Part shown: positions 9,894 to 19,483 of the stretch, one piece after another
Layout: each line of letters starts with the position of its first letter
Position numbering within the stretch: position 1 is the first letter of the stretch
From: Gammaproteobacteria bacterium
GTDB taxonomy: Bacteria > Pseudomonadota > Gammaproteobacteria > Magnimaribacterales > AG-339-G14
Direction: 5' to 3'
Assembly: GCA_019652555.1 (NCBI GenBank)
Contig: BPAJ01000002.1
Location: 257,747 to 321,746 of the forward strand
DNA length: 64,000 nucleotides
Program-made: the position numbers and the translations under genes
Notes under the pieces: generated by a model
What the model was told of the DNA's origin: nothing
Databases searched by the model: none
The model's input: the letters and a program-made list of their open reading frames with translations, nothing else

Positions 9894-12800
9894 TTATTGC
9901 ATTTTGTAATTAAAACCAACCTTGATAAATCGTCCCAAAGGATTATGAGTATTAGGGTCGTAACTCATATCCCAATAAACAAATGGAGGTTTTTTATCGG
10001 TCAAGTTATAAACCGAAACAGAAAAATCAAAAGTTTTATCCCAGTTATAGGTATAAGTTGCATCCAAAGTTGTATGTGAAGTGCTTTGATTTCAGAAGAC
10101 ATTCTTCTACATCTTCATAAGCAGAAATATAATTTAGAGCCCCATAAAAGTTATGCTTGCTAGTTTTGTAATTTATAAAACCTTTTGCTTTTGTATTTGG
10201 CATTGAGCGACAACTATTAGATATATTGAAGAAGCCGTTGCAAGATAATGGATCTACTACTTGAACACCATTTTTGAGGTAAGCAGCTACCTTATAGTCA
10301 ATTATATAAGCTGCTTCCAGACCTGTAGAGATGGTACCAGCTCTGTAATCATCTTCATATTTAACAAAAATATCCAAACCATCTGTCTCAGTTTTGGGCC
10401 CGTTTACAAATAAAGTAGTAATTCTGTTGATTTCTGAAGCATCAAAAGTTCCGTCATTTATACCGCCTGGACCAAATACTTGTGTTCTTACTGCTGTCCT
10501 AAGGTCACCTCCAGCAGCATAAGCAGCTGCAAGTTTTGGAGCACTCTCTACAATGATTGGATTATCGAAAACAAAATTATAATAATCAAAAGTTGCCTGC
10601 CAGTTATCGGTACCAAAATCCGTGATTAAACCTAGATTAAATGTTGTTGCCTCTTCTGGATCTAAATTTGTATTACCCGTTTTATCCACTGCTTTGAAAG
10701 CACCAGTCTGACCAATAAACTCTAGTTCTGTATACCTTTTATTCCATATTTCATCTGGGTGGGGCGCTCGAAATGTAGTTTGGCCAGTAAACCTGATCGT
10801 TAGGTCATCTGTAGCAATCCATCGCATGACAATCTTGGGATCTAATGAATTTACTTTATCGTAATCTTCGTATCTAAGTGCCAACTGCAAATCAAAATTA
10901 TCAAGAAGAGGCAGAGCAAATTCAGCAAACAAAGAATCTATTTTTTGGTTGTCATCTCTACCAAAAGTTGGAGGTAAAAACATGAAAAGGCCGGTGGGAT
11001 TATTGTTTAAACAATTTTCTCTTGAAGCTGTATTAGCGTTTAATGACGGCAGGTTACATGGATACAGGTCCCCATCAAAAATATTTTGCCGAGCATTATA
11101 TGAATTCAGACCAGGTAACGCAGGAGAGGATTGTTTGATATTGTAGTCACGTCTTTCATAACCAAATGCCCAAGCACCATCTCCTCCAGAAAAATTTCCC
11201 AAAAATCCTTGCAGGGTGAAATCTAAAGTCAACAAAGTAGATTCAGCTTCCACTCTTCCTGTATCAACTAACCAGGCTAAAAGCTCCTTGGAGTTAGCAA
11301 AATTAGAATCGTAATTCGGGTTTGGTCCCACTCGATCTCCAATAACATTTCCAACTTGATTATCATTTGTAAGACTATTTTGATTATCAAAAAAAGGCTG
11401 CTGAGCTTGTTCAACAGCATTGGAAAAGACATTTAAAAACTCACATCCATTGGGTCTAGAATCGGATGCAATATCAGCAATTATTGTATTATTCCCATCT
11501 GACAAAGTTGGGATGGGATCATTGTTATTTGCGTTTCCAAAATCAGTAATTGTGTAACCACAATTTGGCCCGCCATAGCCAAATAATGCAGCTGTGTATT
11601 TATGTGCTTGTGTATCGGAAAAGGTAAGCGCACTTTCAGACATTGAATAATTAAGACTTGCTGAATAATCAATTTCTGAATTCAGTTTTCCTCGAAATCA
11701 AAGGCGAACCTATAGGTATCGTATTTTCTCATCTCAACTTGGGCACCATTTACGTTTCCATTTGGGTTACCCGACGCTGCAAAAGGTCGCGTTCTCATTC
11801 TGTGATAGGAAGCTGGATCAGTGCCGTCAGCCCCCGTGAATTCAACGTTGTCCATCAGACCTTCAAAATCAGGAAATTGTGCAAACAGTCTTTGTAGTCC
11901 AGGGTGAATGTTTGGTACGTAACTTGAGTTGGGATCATTTGGCGGATAAGCAGGAGAGGTTGCATAACGGGGTACATCCGTTTTGCCATATGCAAATTCG
12001 ACGTGAAAATCATGTTCATCAACTGATCCATTGAATTCCATCCAAAGTTGTGAGTTGGTTTGTCTCTCTTGAACGTTGTCGAAATAAGCGTAATTGAACC
12101 GGCATTTCCCTCCATGTCCCAATAGGTTAATTGTACTAGCGCCATTGACGCTATCGGTATAACTAAAGTTTTGATCACTCTCGGGTGTATGGTATCCACC
12201 TGCAGCGTTACATCCTGGATCACCCAATTCAACTTGAGACGTAGAATTATTTAGAGGCATGATAAAAGTTCCAGGATTTCCAATCGTAGACCAACCGCCA
12301 TAAGGATTTTGACTCACACTTTTTTTGGTGAAGTCGGTATTTTTTGAGAAGAAGTCCGGTTTGTGTTGTTGTCCAAGTGATAAAAGAAAATTTGTACCAT
12401 CATCAAGCTCGCTTCCATAAGTTATAGAAAACTCTTTTGCTTGATTTTCTGCACCAGGCATTCCTTTCGCAGCTAGGTTTACCTTTAAACCTTCAAAGTT
12501 AGAGTCGGTAATAAAATTTACCACACCAGCAATGGCATCTGAGCCATAAGTCGCTGCAGCTCCCTCTTTTAAAATTTCAATTCTACTCAAAGCAGCCATG
12601 GGTAAGTCGTGAAGGTTTACCGATCTGCCTGCACCTGTTCTAGAAGGCACTGTCACCTGTCTTTTGCCATTTATCAAAACCAAAGTTCTGTTGGTTCCTA
12701 AGCCTCTTAAATTGATATTTGCGATTCCTTCAGCTTGGTTTGCACCAAACTGATTGGCTTCACCATCCATTCCAGAACTTCCCGGGACCATTTTTATGAG

Positions 12801-12986
12801 TTCAACAATATTTAAGTTTCCTTGAGCTGAAATTTCTTCTGCACTGAAAGTAGAAATTGGAGAACCAGTATCAATTGGGGTTCCTTTTATCAAAGAACCC
12901 ACTACTGTAACTTGCTCGTCTTGGGCAAAGCTATAATTTGCTAGCAGAGCAATATTAAGAAAAGCAAATATAATTTTTTTTGTCAT
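9894..12986 (-). pseudogene. TonB-dependent receptor interrupted by frameshifts near 11690 and 10075-10105
   Basis: Plug motifs NLRGLGTNRTLVLINGKR and YGSDAIAGVVNFIT; the frame resumes as GKLNSEIDYSASLNYSM; the C-terminus HTTLDATYTY...VYNLTDKKPP...LGRFIKVGFNYKMQ is in another frame ending at 9894. Confidence 0.88.
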
Positions 12987-13130
12987 TTTAAAATCAATTT
13001 TTTACTGAAAATAATATTATCTCAATTTTTTTCACAAAGATAAGTTAATTAAATTTAATTTATAAAATCTTAAAGAAATAATTATTTGCTAGATAAGCTT
13101 ATATCTTTGACGATATCGTTTATTGAAATA

Positions 13131-13151
13131 ATAATGAGAATCGTTATCATT
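13131..13151 (+). promoter_or_regulatory. Fur box upstream of the FTR1 permease
   Basis: ataatgagaatcgttatcatt; 7-1-7 core TGAGAAT-C-GTTATCA has 2 mismatches to TGATAAT-N-ATTATCA and overlaps a candidate TTGAAA-N16-TATCAT promoter. Confidence 0.85.
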
Positions 13152-13179
13152 AAACTAATTAATACTTAGTTTAATTTTA

Positions 13180-14079
13180 ATGAATGAATTCATAATACTC
13201 TTTAGAGAAACTCTGGAAGCAGCTTTAATTGTTGGAATAATATATCTATTTCTTACCAATAATAATGCTCCAACCCAAAAACTTTGGCTTGCAGTATTGT
13301 CGGCAATATTTGCGAGCATAGTAGTAGCTTATTTTATTTACTCCGCCCAAGAAGCATTGGGTAATACGTCTTTGAAAGCTCTTTTTGAAGGTATCTTTAT
13401 GTTTATCACTGCTATCTTTATCTGGTACGTAATTTTTTGGCTCTCAAAACATGTAAGTGACAGAAAACAGCTAGAAGAAGGAGCAGCCATTGCAATGAGT
13501 TCATCCTGGGGAGTATTTTTCTTAGTATTCTTCTCGATTATTCGAGAAGGTTTTGAAACCGTTGTCTTTTTACTTGCAAGTTTTTCAATGACTAAAAGTT
13601 TCTCCTATCTGGGATTTTTTGGAGGCATGTTTGCAGCATTGTTCTTAGTATATTTACTGATTATTCAAGGTCGAAGATTCAACATTAGAGAGTTTTTTAA
13701 ATACACTACTTTATTATTAGTATTTTTAGCATCAGGAATGATTGCTTACGGAACACATGAAGTAGAAAGTTATTTCGTAAAATCAAATAACCTGGAAGTT
13801 CTTGGCCTAGAAGATAAAAGTGATATTTCAAGACCATGGGACATTTTAAAGCCCAAAGATAAACTTCAAGAATCAGATATTTCAATTTTTTATTCTTATA
13901 ATGTGAAAGGGGAGAATAAGTACACTCATATATTGCATGATAGCGGCAGTATAGGATCTTTTCTTAAGGGATTTTTTGGGTACAACAGCAATCCAAATTA
14001 TGTAGAACTTTATGCTTGGATTACTTCTTTGATCATAGGTTTGTTTTTCTGGAGAAGATTTTACTTCACAAGCTCATAG
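13180..14079 (+). CDS. FTR1/EfeU-family iron permease
   Basis: Two RExxE motifs (FRETLEA, IREGFET); multiple TM segments. Confidence 0.92.
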   Translation: MNEFIILFRETLEAALIVGIIYLFLTNNNAPTQKLWLAVLSAIFASIVVAYFIYSAQEALGNTSLKALFEGIFMFITAIFIWYVIFWLSKHVSDRKQLEEGAAIAMSSSWGVFFLVFFSIIREGFETVVFLLASFSMTKSFSYLGFFGGMFAALFLVYLLIIQGRRFNIREFFKYTTLLLVFLASGMIAYGTHEVESYFVKSNNLEVLGLEDKSDISRPWDILKPKDKLQESDISIFYSYNVKGENKYTHILHDSGSIGSFLKGFFGYNSNPNYVELYAWITSLIIGLFFWRRFYFTSS

Positions 14080-14095
14080 GATGTTTATTTCTTAT

Positions 14096-14146
14096 TGAGA
14101 ATGAAACTCATTTGTATTGACAATGCAAATGATAATCATTATCATT
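14096..14146 (+). promoter_or_regulatory. Sigma70 promoter overlapped by a perfect Fur box, with a weaker site upstream
   Basis: TTGACA (14117-14122)-N17-TATCAT (14140-14145); palindrome AATGATAAT-C-ATTATCATT (14128-14146); weaker TGAGAATgAAACTCA (14096-14110). Confidence 0.92.
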
Positions 14147-14179
14147 AAAAGCTAACTATCGTTTAAGGAGATATTTCCT

Positions 14180-16348
14180 ATGAAAAAAATAATTTTTTTA
14201 GTTGCATTAGTTGTTTCTACTTCTGCAATTTTTGGACAAGATGAGGAGCTTGAAGTTAAAGGTAACGTTCTTTATAAGGACCAAGTCAACTCCATGAAAC
14301 CTCCAGCGCCAATTTTAAATGTGCCTCAGTCTGTATCAATCATCACAGATGAAGATATTTTGAACCAAGGCTTTAGAGCTCTCGGAGACATAGTTCGTTA
14401 TGTTCCTGGAATACACTCAACTCAAGGTGAGGGACATAGAGACGCCATGGTAATTAGAGGTATTAGAACTACATCTAGTTTTTACCTAGATGGTCAAAGA
14501 GATGATGTGCAGTATTACAGATCTCTTTACAACGTTGAGCAAGTCGAAGTTCTCAAAGGACCTAACGCACTTCTCTTTGGAAGAGGTGGTGAAGGAGGTC
14601 TGATTAATAGAGTAACTAAGAAAGCAAAGCTTGGTGAGACTTTCACAAACCTGAATCTCGGTTACGATACTTTTACCGCTAATGATTTTGCTATTGATAC
14701 AAACATGCAACTTAACGATACAGTTGCATTGCGTTTAATGGCGCACTCAGATACTTTAGCCAATCACAGAGATCTTTACGATGGCACGCGTTCTGGCATA
14801 AATCCAACTTTCACTTTTTCTCTTAATGAAGCAACTGAGCTAAACATTTCCTTAGAATACCTAGATCACGAAAGATTCATTGATAGAGGTATTCCAACCA
14901 CAGGAGCATTAGTAAATGAGGCTTTAAATGAGGTCGTCTATGGAGACCCAAACAAAAACCTTCACACAACGGAAGGAACTATTTTAAAAGCAAACTTAGA
15001 GCACAACTATTCCGATAATGGAAAAATCAATTTATCCATAATGGGCAACAACTTTAATAAAATGTATCAAAACATTTACGTAAAAGATGTTACAAATGGA
15101 ACCACAGGATGTGAGACTAGTGCAACCATAACTACTGTAGCTTGTGTGGAAGGTTATAGAGATACTACATTTAGAGAATCCTCTATTTTGAATCTAACGA
15201 ATGTCAACACATTCGATCGAGCAACTCTTACTGTTGGATTGGATCTTATTGACACCGATAATGATAACGAACGTTATCATTCTCACTTTAGCAATGAAGC
15301 AGCCGATACTGCTGGAGCTGGTGGTGCAACTTTAGGTGCATCTGGAATTAGAAATAATTTTAATTTAGCAAATCCAGGAGATTTCAAAGTTGACGCTTTC
15401 GGAAACCGCACTGTTTTGGATTTCACTACCGATGTTAAAGTCAAAAGTGAAACAGAAATTAAAGTTGAATCAGTTTTCATTACCGCTGACATAGATCTTG
15501 CTGATCAATGGCAAATGATTTTGGGAGCACGTTACGAAGAAGTTGATACAACAATCACTAAATATCGTCCTGATGAAACTGGAACTGGTTTTAACGCCAC
15601 ATACTTAGCTTTAGCGGCAACTGATACTCTTCAAAGAAAAGACAGCCTTACGTCACCTCGTCTGGGTTTAATTTTCAAACCTCAAGAAAATATGTCGCTT
15701 TACTTAAGTTACAGCGAATCTTTCTTGCCTAAATCAGGTGATCAGTACAAAGCTTGGAGTGGTGTTGTAAACAACGTAGCTGCTACTGATCCTGATGTCT
15801 TTGAAAATACTGAGCTTGGCTTCAAATACAATACTGTTTCTGGTATAAATCTTTCAGTAGCCTATTTTGATCAGGAAACTGTAAAGGGTCAGGCAGATGG
15901 TACCGGTGGTGCTGAAATCATAGATTTTGATATTCAAGGTATCGAACTTACTGTTGGTGGACAAATCAATGATGCAAACTCAATTGATTTCTCACTTTCT
16001 TCAGTAGATGCAACAAACACCGATACTGGTGCAGATCAGAAAGAGATTCCTGAGCTAACTTGGTCACTTTGGTACACGCACCGAGCTAGTGACTTGTTCT
16101 CAGTAAGTCTTGGAGCTGTTTATCAAGATGAGCAGTGGATTAGTTCTACTTCAGCAGGAGCTCCTAAACTACCTGATTACACTAGATTTGACATGGCTAT
16201 GTCAATTACACCAAGTGAAACTGATACGATTAGAATTAATATCGAGAATTTATTGGATGAAGATTATTATCCTTATTCTCATTCTACTCATCAGGTAACA
16301 GTTGGTGAGTCTGCTAACTTAAGACTTTCTTACAGTAAAAGTTTTTAA
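14180..16348 (+). CDS. TonB-dependent siderophore-type receptor
   Basis: Signal peptide, VPQSVSII, EQVEVLKGPNALLFGRG, NIENLLDEDY, terminal Phe; AAGGAG RBS; Fur box. Confidence 0.92.
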   Translation: MKKIIFLVALVVSTSAIFGQDEELEVKGNVLYKDQVNSMKPPAPILNVPQSVSIITDEDILNQGFRALGDIVRYVPGIHSTQGEGHRDAMVIRGIRTTSSFYLDGQRDDVQYYRSLYNVEQVEVLKGPNALLFGRGGEGGLINRVTKKAKLGETFTNLNLGYDTFTANDFAIDTNMQLNDTVALRLMAHSDTLANHRDLYDGTRSGINPTFTFSLNEATELNISLEYLDHERFIDRGIPTTGALVNEALNEVVYGDPNKNLHTTEGTILKANLEHNYSDNGKINLSIMGNNFNKMYQNIYVKDVTNGTTGCETSATITTVACVEGYRDTTFRESSILNLTNVNTFDRATLTVGLDLIDTDNDNERYHSHFSNEAADTAGAGGATLGASGIRNNFNLANPGDFKVDAFGNRTVLDFTTDVKVKSETEIKVESVFITADIDLADQWQMILGARYEEVDTTITKYRPDETGTGFNATYLALAATDTLQRKDSLTSPRLGLIFKPQENMSLYLSYSESFLPKSGDQYKAWSGVVNNVAATDPDVFENTELGFKYNTVSGINLSVAYFDQETVKGQADGTGGAEIIDFDIQGIELTVGGQINDANSIDFSLSSVDATNTDTGADQKEIPELTWSLWYTHRASDLFSVSLGAVYQDEQWISSTSAGAPKLPDYTRFDMAMSITPSETDTIRINIENLLDEDYYPYSHSTHQVTVGESANLRLSYSKSF

Positions 16349-16355
16349 TTAATTT

Positions 16356-16591
16356 TTTGGGAGAGCAAAAAAAATGAGCAAACTGTCGAAGCTAAGAAAC
16401 ATCAAGGATGATGTTTTTAAGACAGATTGCTCACTCTCCAAACTGATAAAGACTAAAGTTGAAATACTACGATGATTTTTAGAGAAGCCTTTTCATTTCA
16501 TCTCATGGCCAATCTACTAAAGATCTCCCCCTAGGTAAATCAATAATAGTTTTTTTGGAGAGAAAGAAATCCCGCTTAATAGCGGGATTTC
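16356..16591 (+). ncRNA. Candidate structured sRNA / 3'-UTR RNA of the Fur-regulated receptor
   Basis: Long multi-stem hairpin 16356-16442, pyrimidine-rich stretch 16489-16506 complementary to the ALAS start region, terminator at the end; no expression data. Confidence 0.5.
16566..16591. terminator. Probable bidirectional intrinsic terminator
   Basis: gaaatcccgct-taat-agcgggatttc perfect 11-bp stem between convergent units. Confidence 0.85.
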
Positions 16592-16594
16592 GTC

Positions 16595-17855
16595 TTAAAG
16601 ATCAATAAATTCTCGAAACTTGATTTCTAAATTTTGGGCATCAACTGACTCTCTTCGAAGAGAAAGCTTTGTCCATACTTTATCCAAAGAAGACAAGAAT
16701 CTCTTAATATCTTCAGCTTGATGCTTTGGAGTGATTGTTACTCTAAACCTTTCATCTCCTTTAGGCACTGTTGGATAAAAGACGGGTTGGATGTAAATTC
16801 CGTGTTCTTCAATTAAAACATTTGCTGCCTCTTTACAAAGCCTTGGATCTTCAACATGAATAGGAATAATGTGACTGTCATTATCCAAATGAGGGATTTC
16901 TAAATCTCTCAATCCTTCACGAATTAAATTTGAATTCTCTCTAATATCTTCTCTAAGATTTTCCGATTCCTTTGCAATTTCTATGGCTTTTATTGAAGCG
17001 GCTGCAATACTTGGATTGGCTGACGAGGTAAAGATAAAACCTGGCGCAAAACTTCTGATGAAATCAATTATGTCAGCGCTGGCAGCTACGTAACCACCCA
17101 TTTGACCAAAAGCTTTAGATAACGTGCCATTGATGATATCTATTTCATCAGAAATATTAAGTTCATCTGCAATTCCTCTTCCTTCAGAGCCATAAAGACC
17201 AACCGAATGAACTTCATCAAGATAGGTTAGACAATTAAATTCTTTAGCCAGAGAAACGAATTTGCTTGAGAGGCGATCTCAAACCTTCCATAGAATAGAG
17301 TGATTCCAAAACAATGATTTTAGGAACACTTGCATTTGATGTATTTAATAATTCTCTTAAATGATTAACATCATTATGACTAAAAATGTGACAAGGGACG
17401 TTTGCATTTTTGATTCCTTGAATCATTGAAGCATGGTTAAGTTCATCTGAGAAAACTTCAATACCTTCCAATTTTTTACATAAGGTCCAGAGAGTTGACT
17501 GATTTGCGGTATAGGCAGAAGGGAAAATAAGACTAGACTCTTTGTTATGCAGTTTTGCAATAGTTCTTTCAAGATCAGCATGATAAGAAGAAGTACCTGA
17601 AATGTTTCGCGTACCTCCAGAGCCTGTTCCTAGTTCTTGAATAACTTCAACAGACCTTTGGATTACTTCTGGATGTTGACTTAGATTTAGATAGTCATTA
17701 CTACACCAAACTTCAACAGGCCTTTCAGCACCTTCAAATCTTTCAGTAGCTTTTGGAAAATGCTTCTTGTCTCTGTTGATTTCTCGAAACTTTCGATAAA
17801 GACCTTGAGACTTCAAAGATGTTAGCTCATCCGAAAAATATTTTTTGTAATTCAT
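16595..17855 (-). CDS. hemA: 5-aminolevulinate synthase (ALAS, Shemin/C4 pathway); one extra base near 17260 splits the frame
   Basis: VWCSNDYL, GSGGTRNISGT, SDELNHASMIQGI, ESLYSMEG; after the shift LTYLDEVHSVGLYG, PLP-lysine GTLSKAFG, GFIFTSS, YPTVPKG. Confidence 0.9.
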
Positions 17856-17964
17856 TTCATCCCCAAATAGGTATAAGCATTACTATAGACGTAAAAGCGT
17901 TGAAACTAAATAATTAAAACCTATAGAATTATAATAATATAGTTGTTTAGAAGGATTGGTTATA

Positions 17965-19461
17965 ATGGACGAGTTAAAAATCATCTCTAGAAAAAGTGTT
18001 TTAGCACGACTTCAAGCTATAGAAGTTTCTGATGTTATCAAAGACAAATATCCTGATATCAGAATTAAATTTATCACCAAAGAAACAAAAGGAGATTTAG
18101 ATTTAAATACGCCGCTTCACAAAATGCCTGAAATGGGCGTATTTACCTCCGACATAAGAGAAGAGCTAATCTCTGGGAAAGCTGACATTGCAGTGCACTC
18201 TTGGAAGGATCTTCCTGTGGAGCTTGAAGAAGGAACTGAAGTTACCGCAACGATCAAAAGGGCTGATTTAAGGGATGTTTTAATTTTTAAAAGAAGTTCG
18301 TTTAATAAGAAAAAAATCAACATTTATACTTCTTCACCTAGGCGAAAAGAAAATTTATCTAAGTTTTTACAAAAAGCTTTTCCTTTTGAAATCGATTCTT
18401 GCAGCTTCCATGACATCAGAGGAAATATTTTGACCAGAATAAAAAAACTTAAAGACTCAGATAAAGATGGGGTGGTAATTGCCAAAGCTGCAATAGACAG
18501 ATTGTTATCAAATAGATTGGAAGACAAAGAGTTGATTGCATTTCAAAATGATCTGGAAGCATTTTCATGGATGGTAATTCCCGCTTCACAAAATCCTTGT
18601 GCTCCCGGTCAAGGTGCACTTGCTTTGGAAGTAAAAACAGGAAATAGAGAGATCGTTGAATTGCTCAATAAAATCAATGATTTACAAGTATTTAATAATG
18701 TTCAGCAGGAAAGAGAGAAGCTCAAGAAATACGGTGGAGGCTGTCACCAAAAGATTGGAGTAAGTATAGAAGACCATCCTCTAGGAAAAGTCATTACTGA
18801 AAAAGGTTTAACTCCTGACAGTGAGGAAATTGATGAAAGGACTTTTGTTCCCTTCAAAGAAGAACTATCAAGACTCGAAAGAAGAGTGGAGAATTTTTTT
18901 CCGAAATCAAAAAAAGACTTTAATTTGTTTTCACGATTAAAAATTGATGATGGCATTTCTAAAATAGAGGCATTAAAAAACTCTGGTCTATATGTCTCAA
19001 GAGCGAGTTCTTTGGAACAAGGAGCATCAATTGACCGGTCAAATATAGTTTGGACAAGCGGTATCGAAAACTGGTTTAAATTGGCAAAAAAAGGCATCTG
19101 GGTAAATGGTTCATCCGACAGCTTAGGAGAAAATCAATCAAAGCCAGAATCTTTGGGAAAACAAGTAAAGTGGTTTCTTGTTTCTCATGATGCTTCGTCT
19201 TCGAAAGATAAGACGCTTTTAGCCACATACAGCCTTAAGCCAGAGAAGGAAATAGAAGATTTATCAAAATACTCGCATTTTTACTGGATGTCTATTAGCT
19301 CTTTCAAAGAAGCTCTAAAAAGGTTTCCCTCTTTACAAAATGCTGAACATTCATGCGGTTTGGGGAAAACATTTGATGAACTGAACGATATTTATCCTAA
19401 TAAAATTAAAGCTTTCTTAAACTTTGAAGACTGGCTGGAAAAAGTAAAAGAAGCAAAGTAA
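17965..19461 (+). CDS. hemC: Hydroxymethylbilane synthase with a long C-terminal domain (probable HemC-HemD bifunctional)
   Basis: SRKSVLARLQA, DIAVHSWKDLP, TSSPRR, IRGNILTR, PCAPGQGAL, GGGCH; about 200 extra C-terminal residues. Confidence 0.9.
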   Translation: MDELKIISRKSVLARLQAIEVSDVIKDKYPDIRIKFITKETKGDLDLNTPLHKMPEMGVFTSDIREELISGKADIAVHSWKDLPVELEEGTEVTATIKRADLRDVLIFKRSSFNKKKINIYTSSPRRKENLSKFLQKAFPFEIDSCSFHDIRGNILTRIKKLKDSDKDGVVIAKAAIDRLLSNRLEDKELIAFQNDLEAFSWMVIPASQNPCAPGQGALALEVKTGNREIVELLNKINDLQVFNNVQQEREKLKKYGGGCHQKIGVSIEDHPLGKVITEKGLTPDSEEIDERTFVPFKEELSRLERRVENFFPKSKKDFNLFSRLKIDDGISKIEALKNSGLYVSRASSLEQGASIDRSNIVWTSGIENWFKLAKKGIWVNGSSDSLGENQSKPESLGKQVKWFLVSHDASSSKDKTLLATYSLKPEKEIEDLSKYSHFYWMSISSFKEALKRFPSLQNAEHSCGLGKTFDELNDIYPNKIKAFLNFEDWLEKVKEAK

Positions 19462-19483
19462 GCTACGCACCTGTTTACCGACT

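Noticed and set aside
16356-16442. Hairpin as a MITE/REP element or CRISPR repeat
   Set aside because: Single copy in the window, no target-site duplication, no spacer array or cas genes
16356-16565. CsrB/RsmZ-type sponge RNA
   Set aside because: Only three GGA motifs and only one clearly in a loop; such RNAs usually have more
17244-17270. Programmed frameshift in ALAS as a regulatory device
   Set aside because: No slippery heptamer or stimulatory structure seen; a single extra base in a short A run is better explained as error or mutation
17856-17964. Fur box in the ALAS/hemC divergent promoter
   Set aside because: AT-rich with weak dyads but no good match to the 7-1-7 consensus
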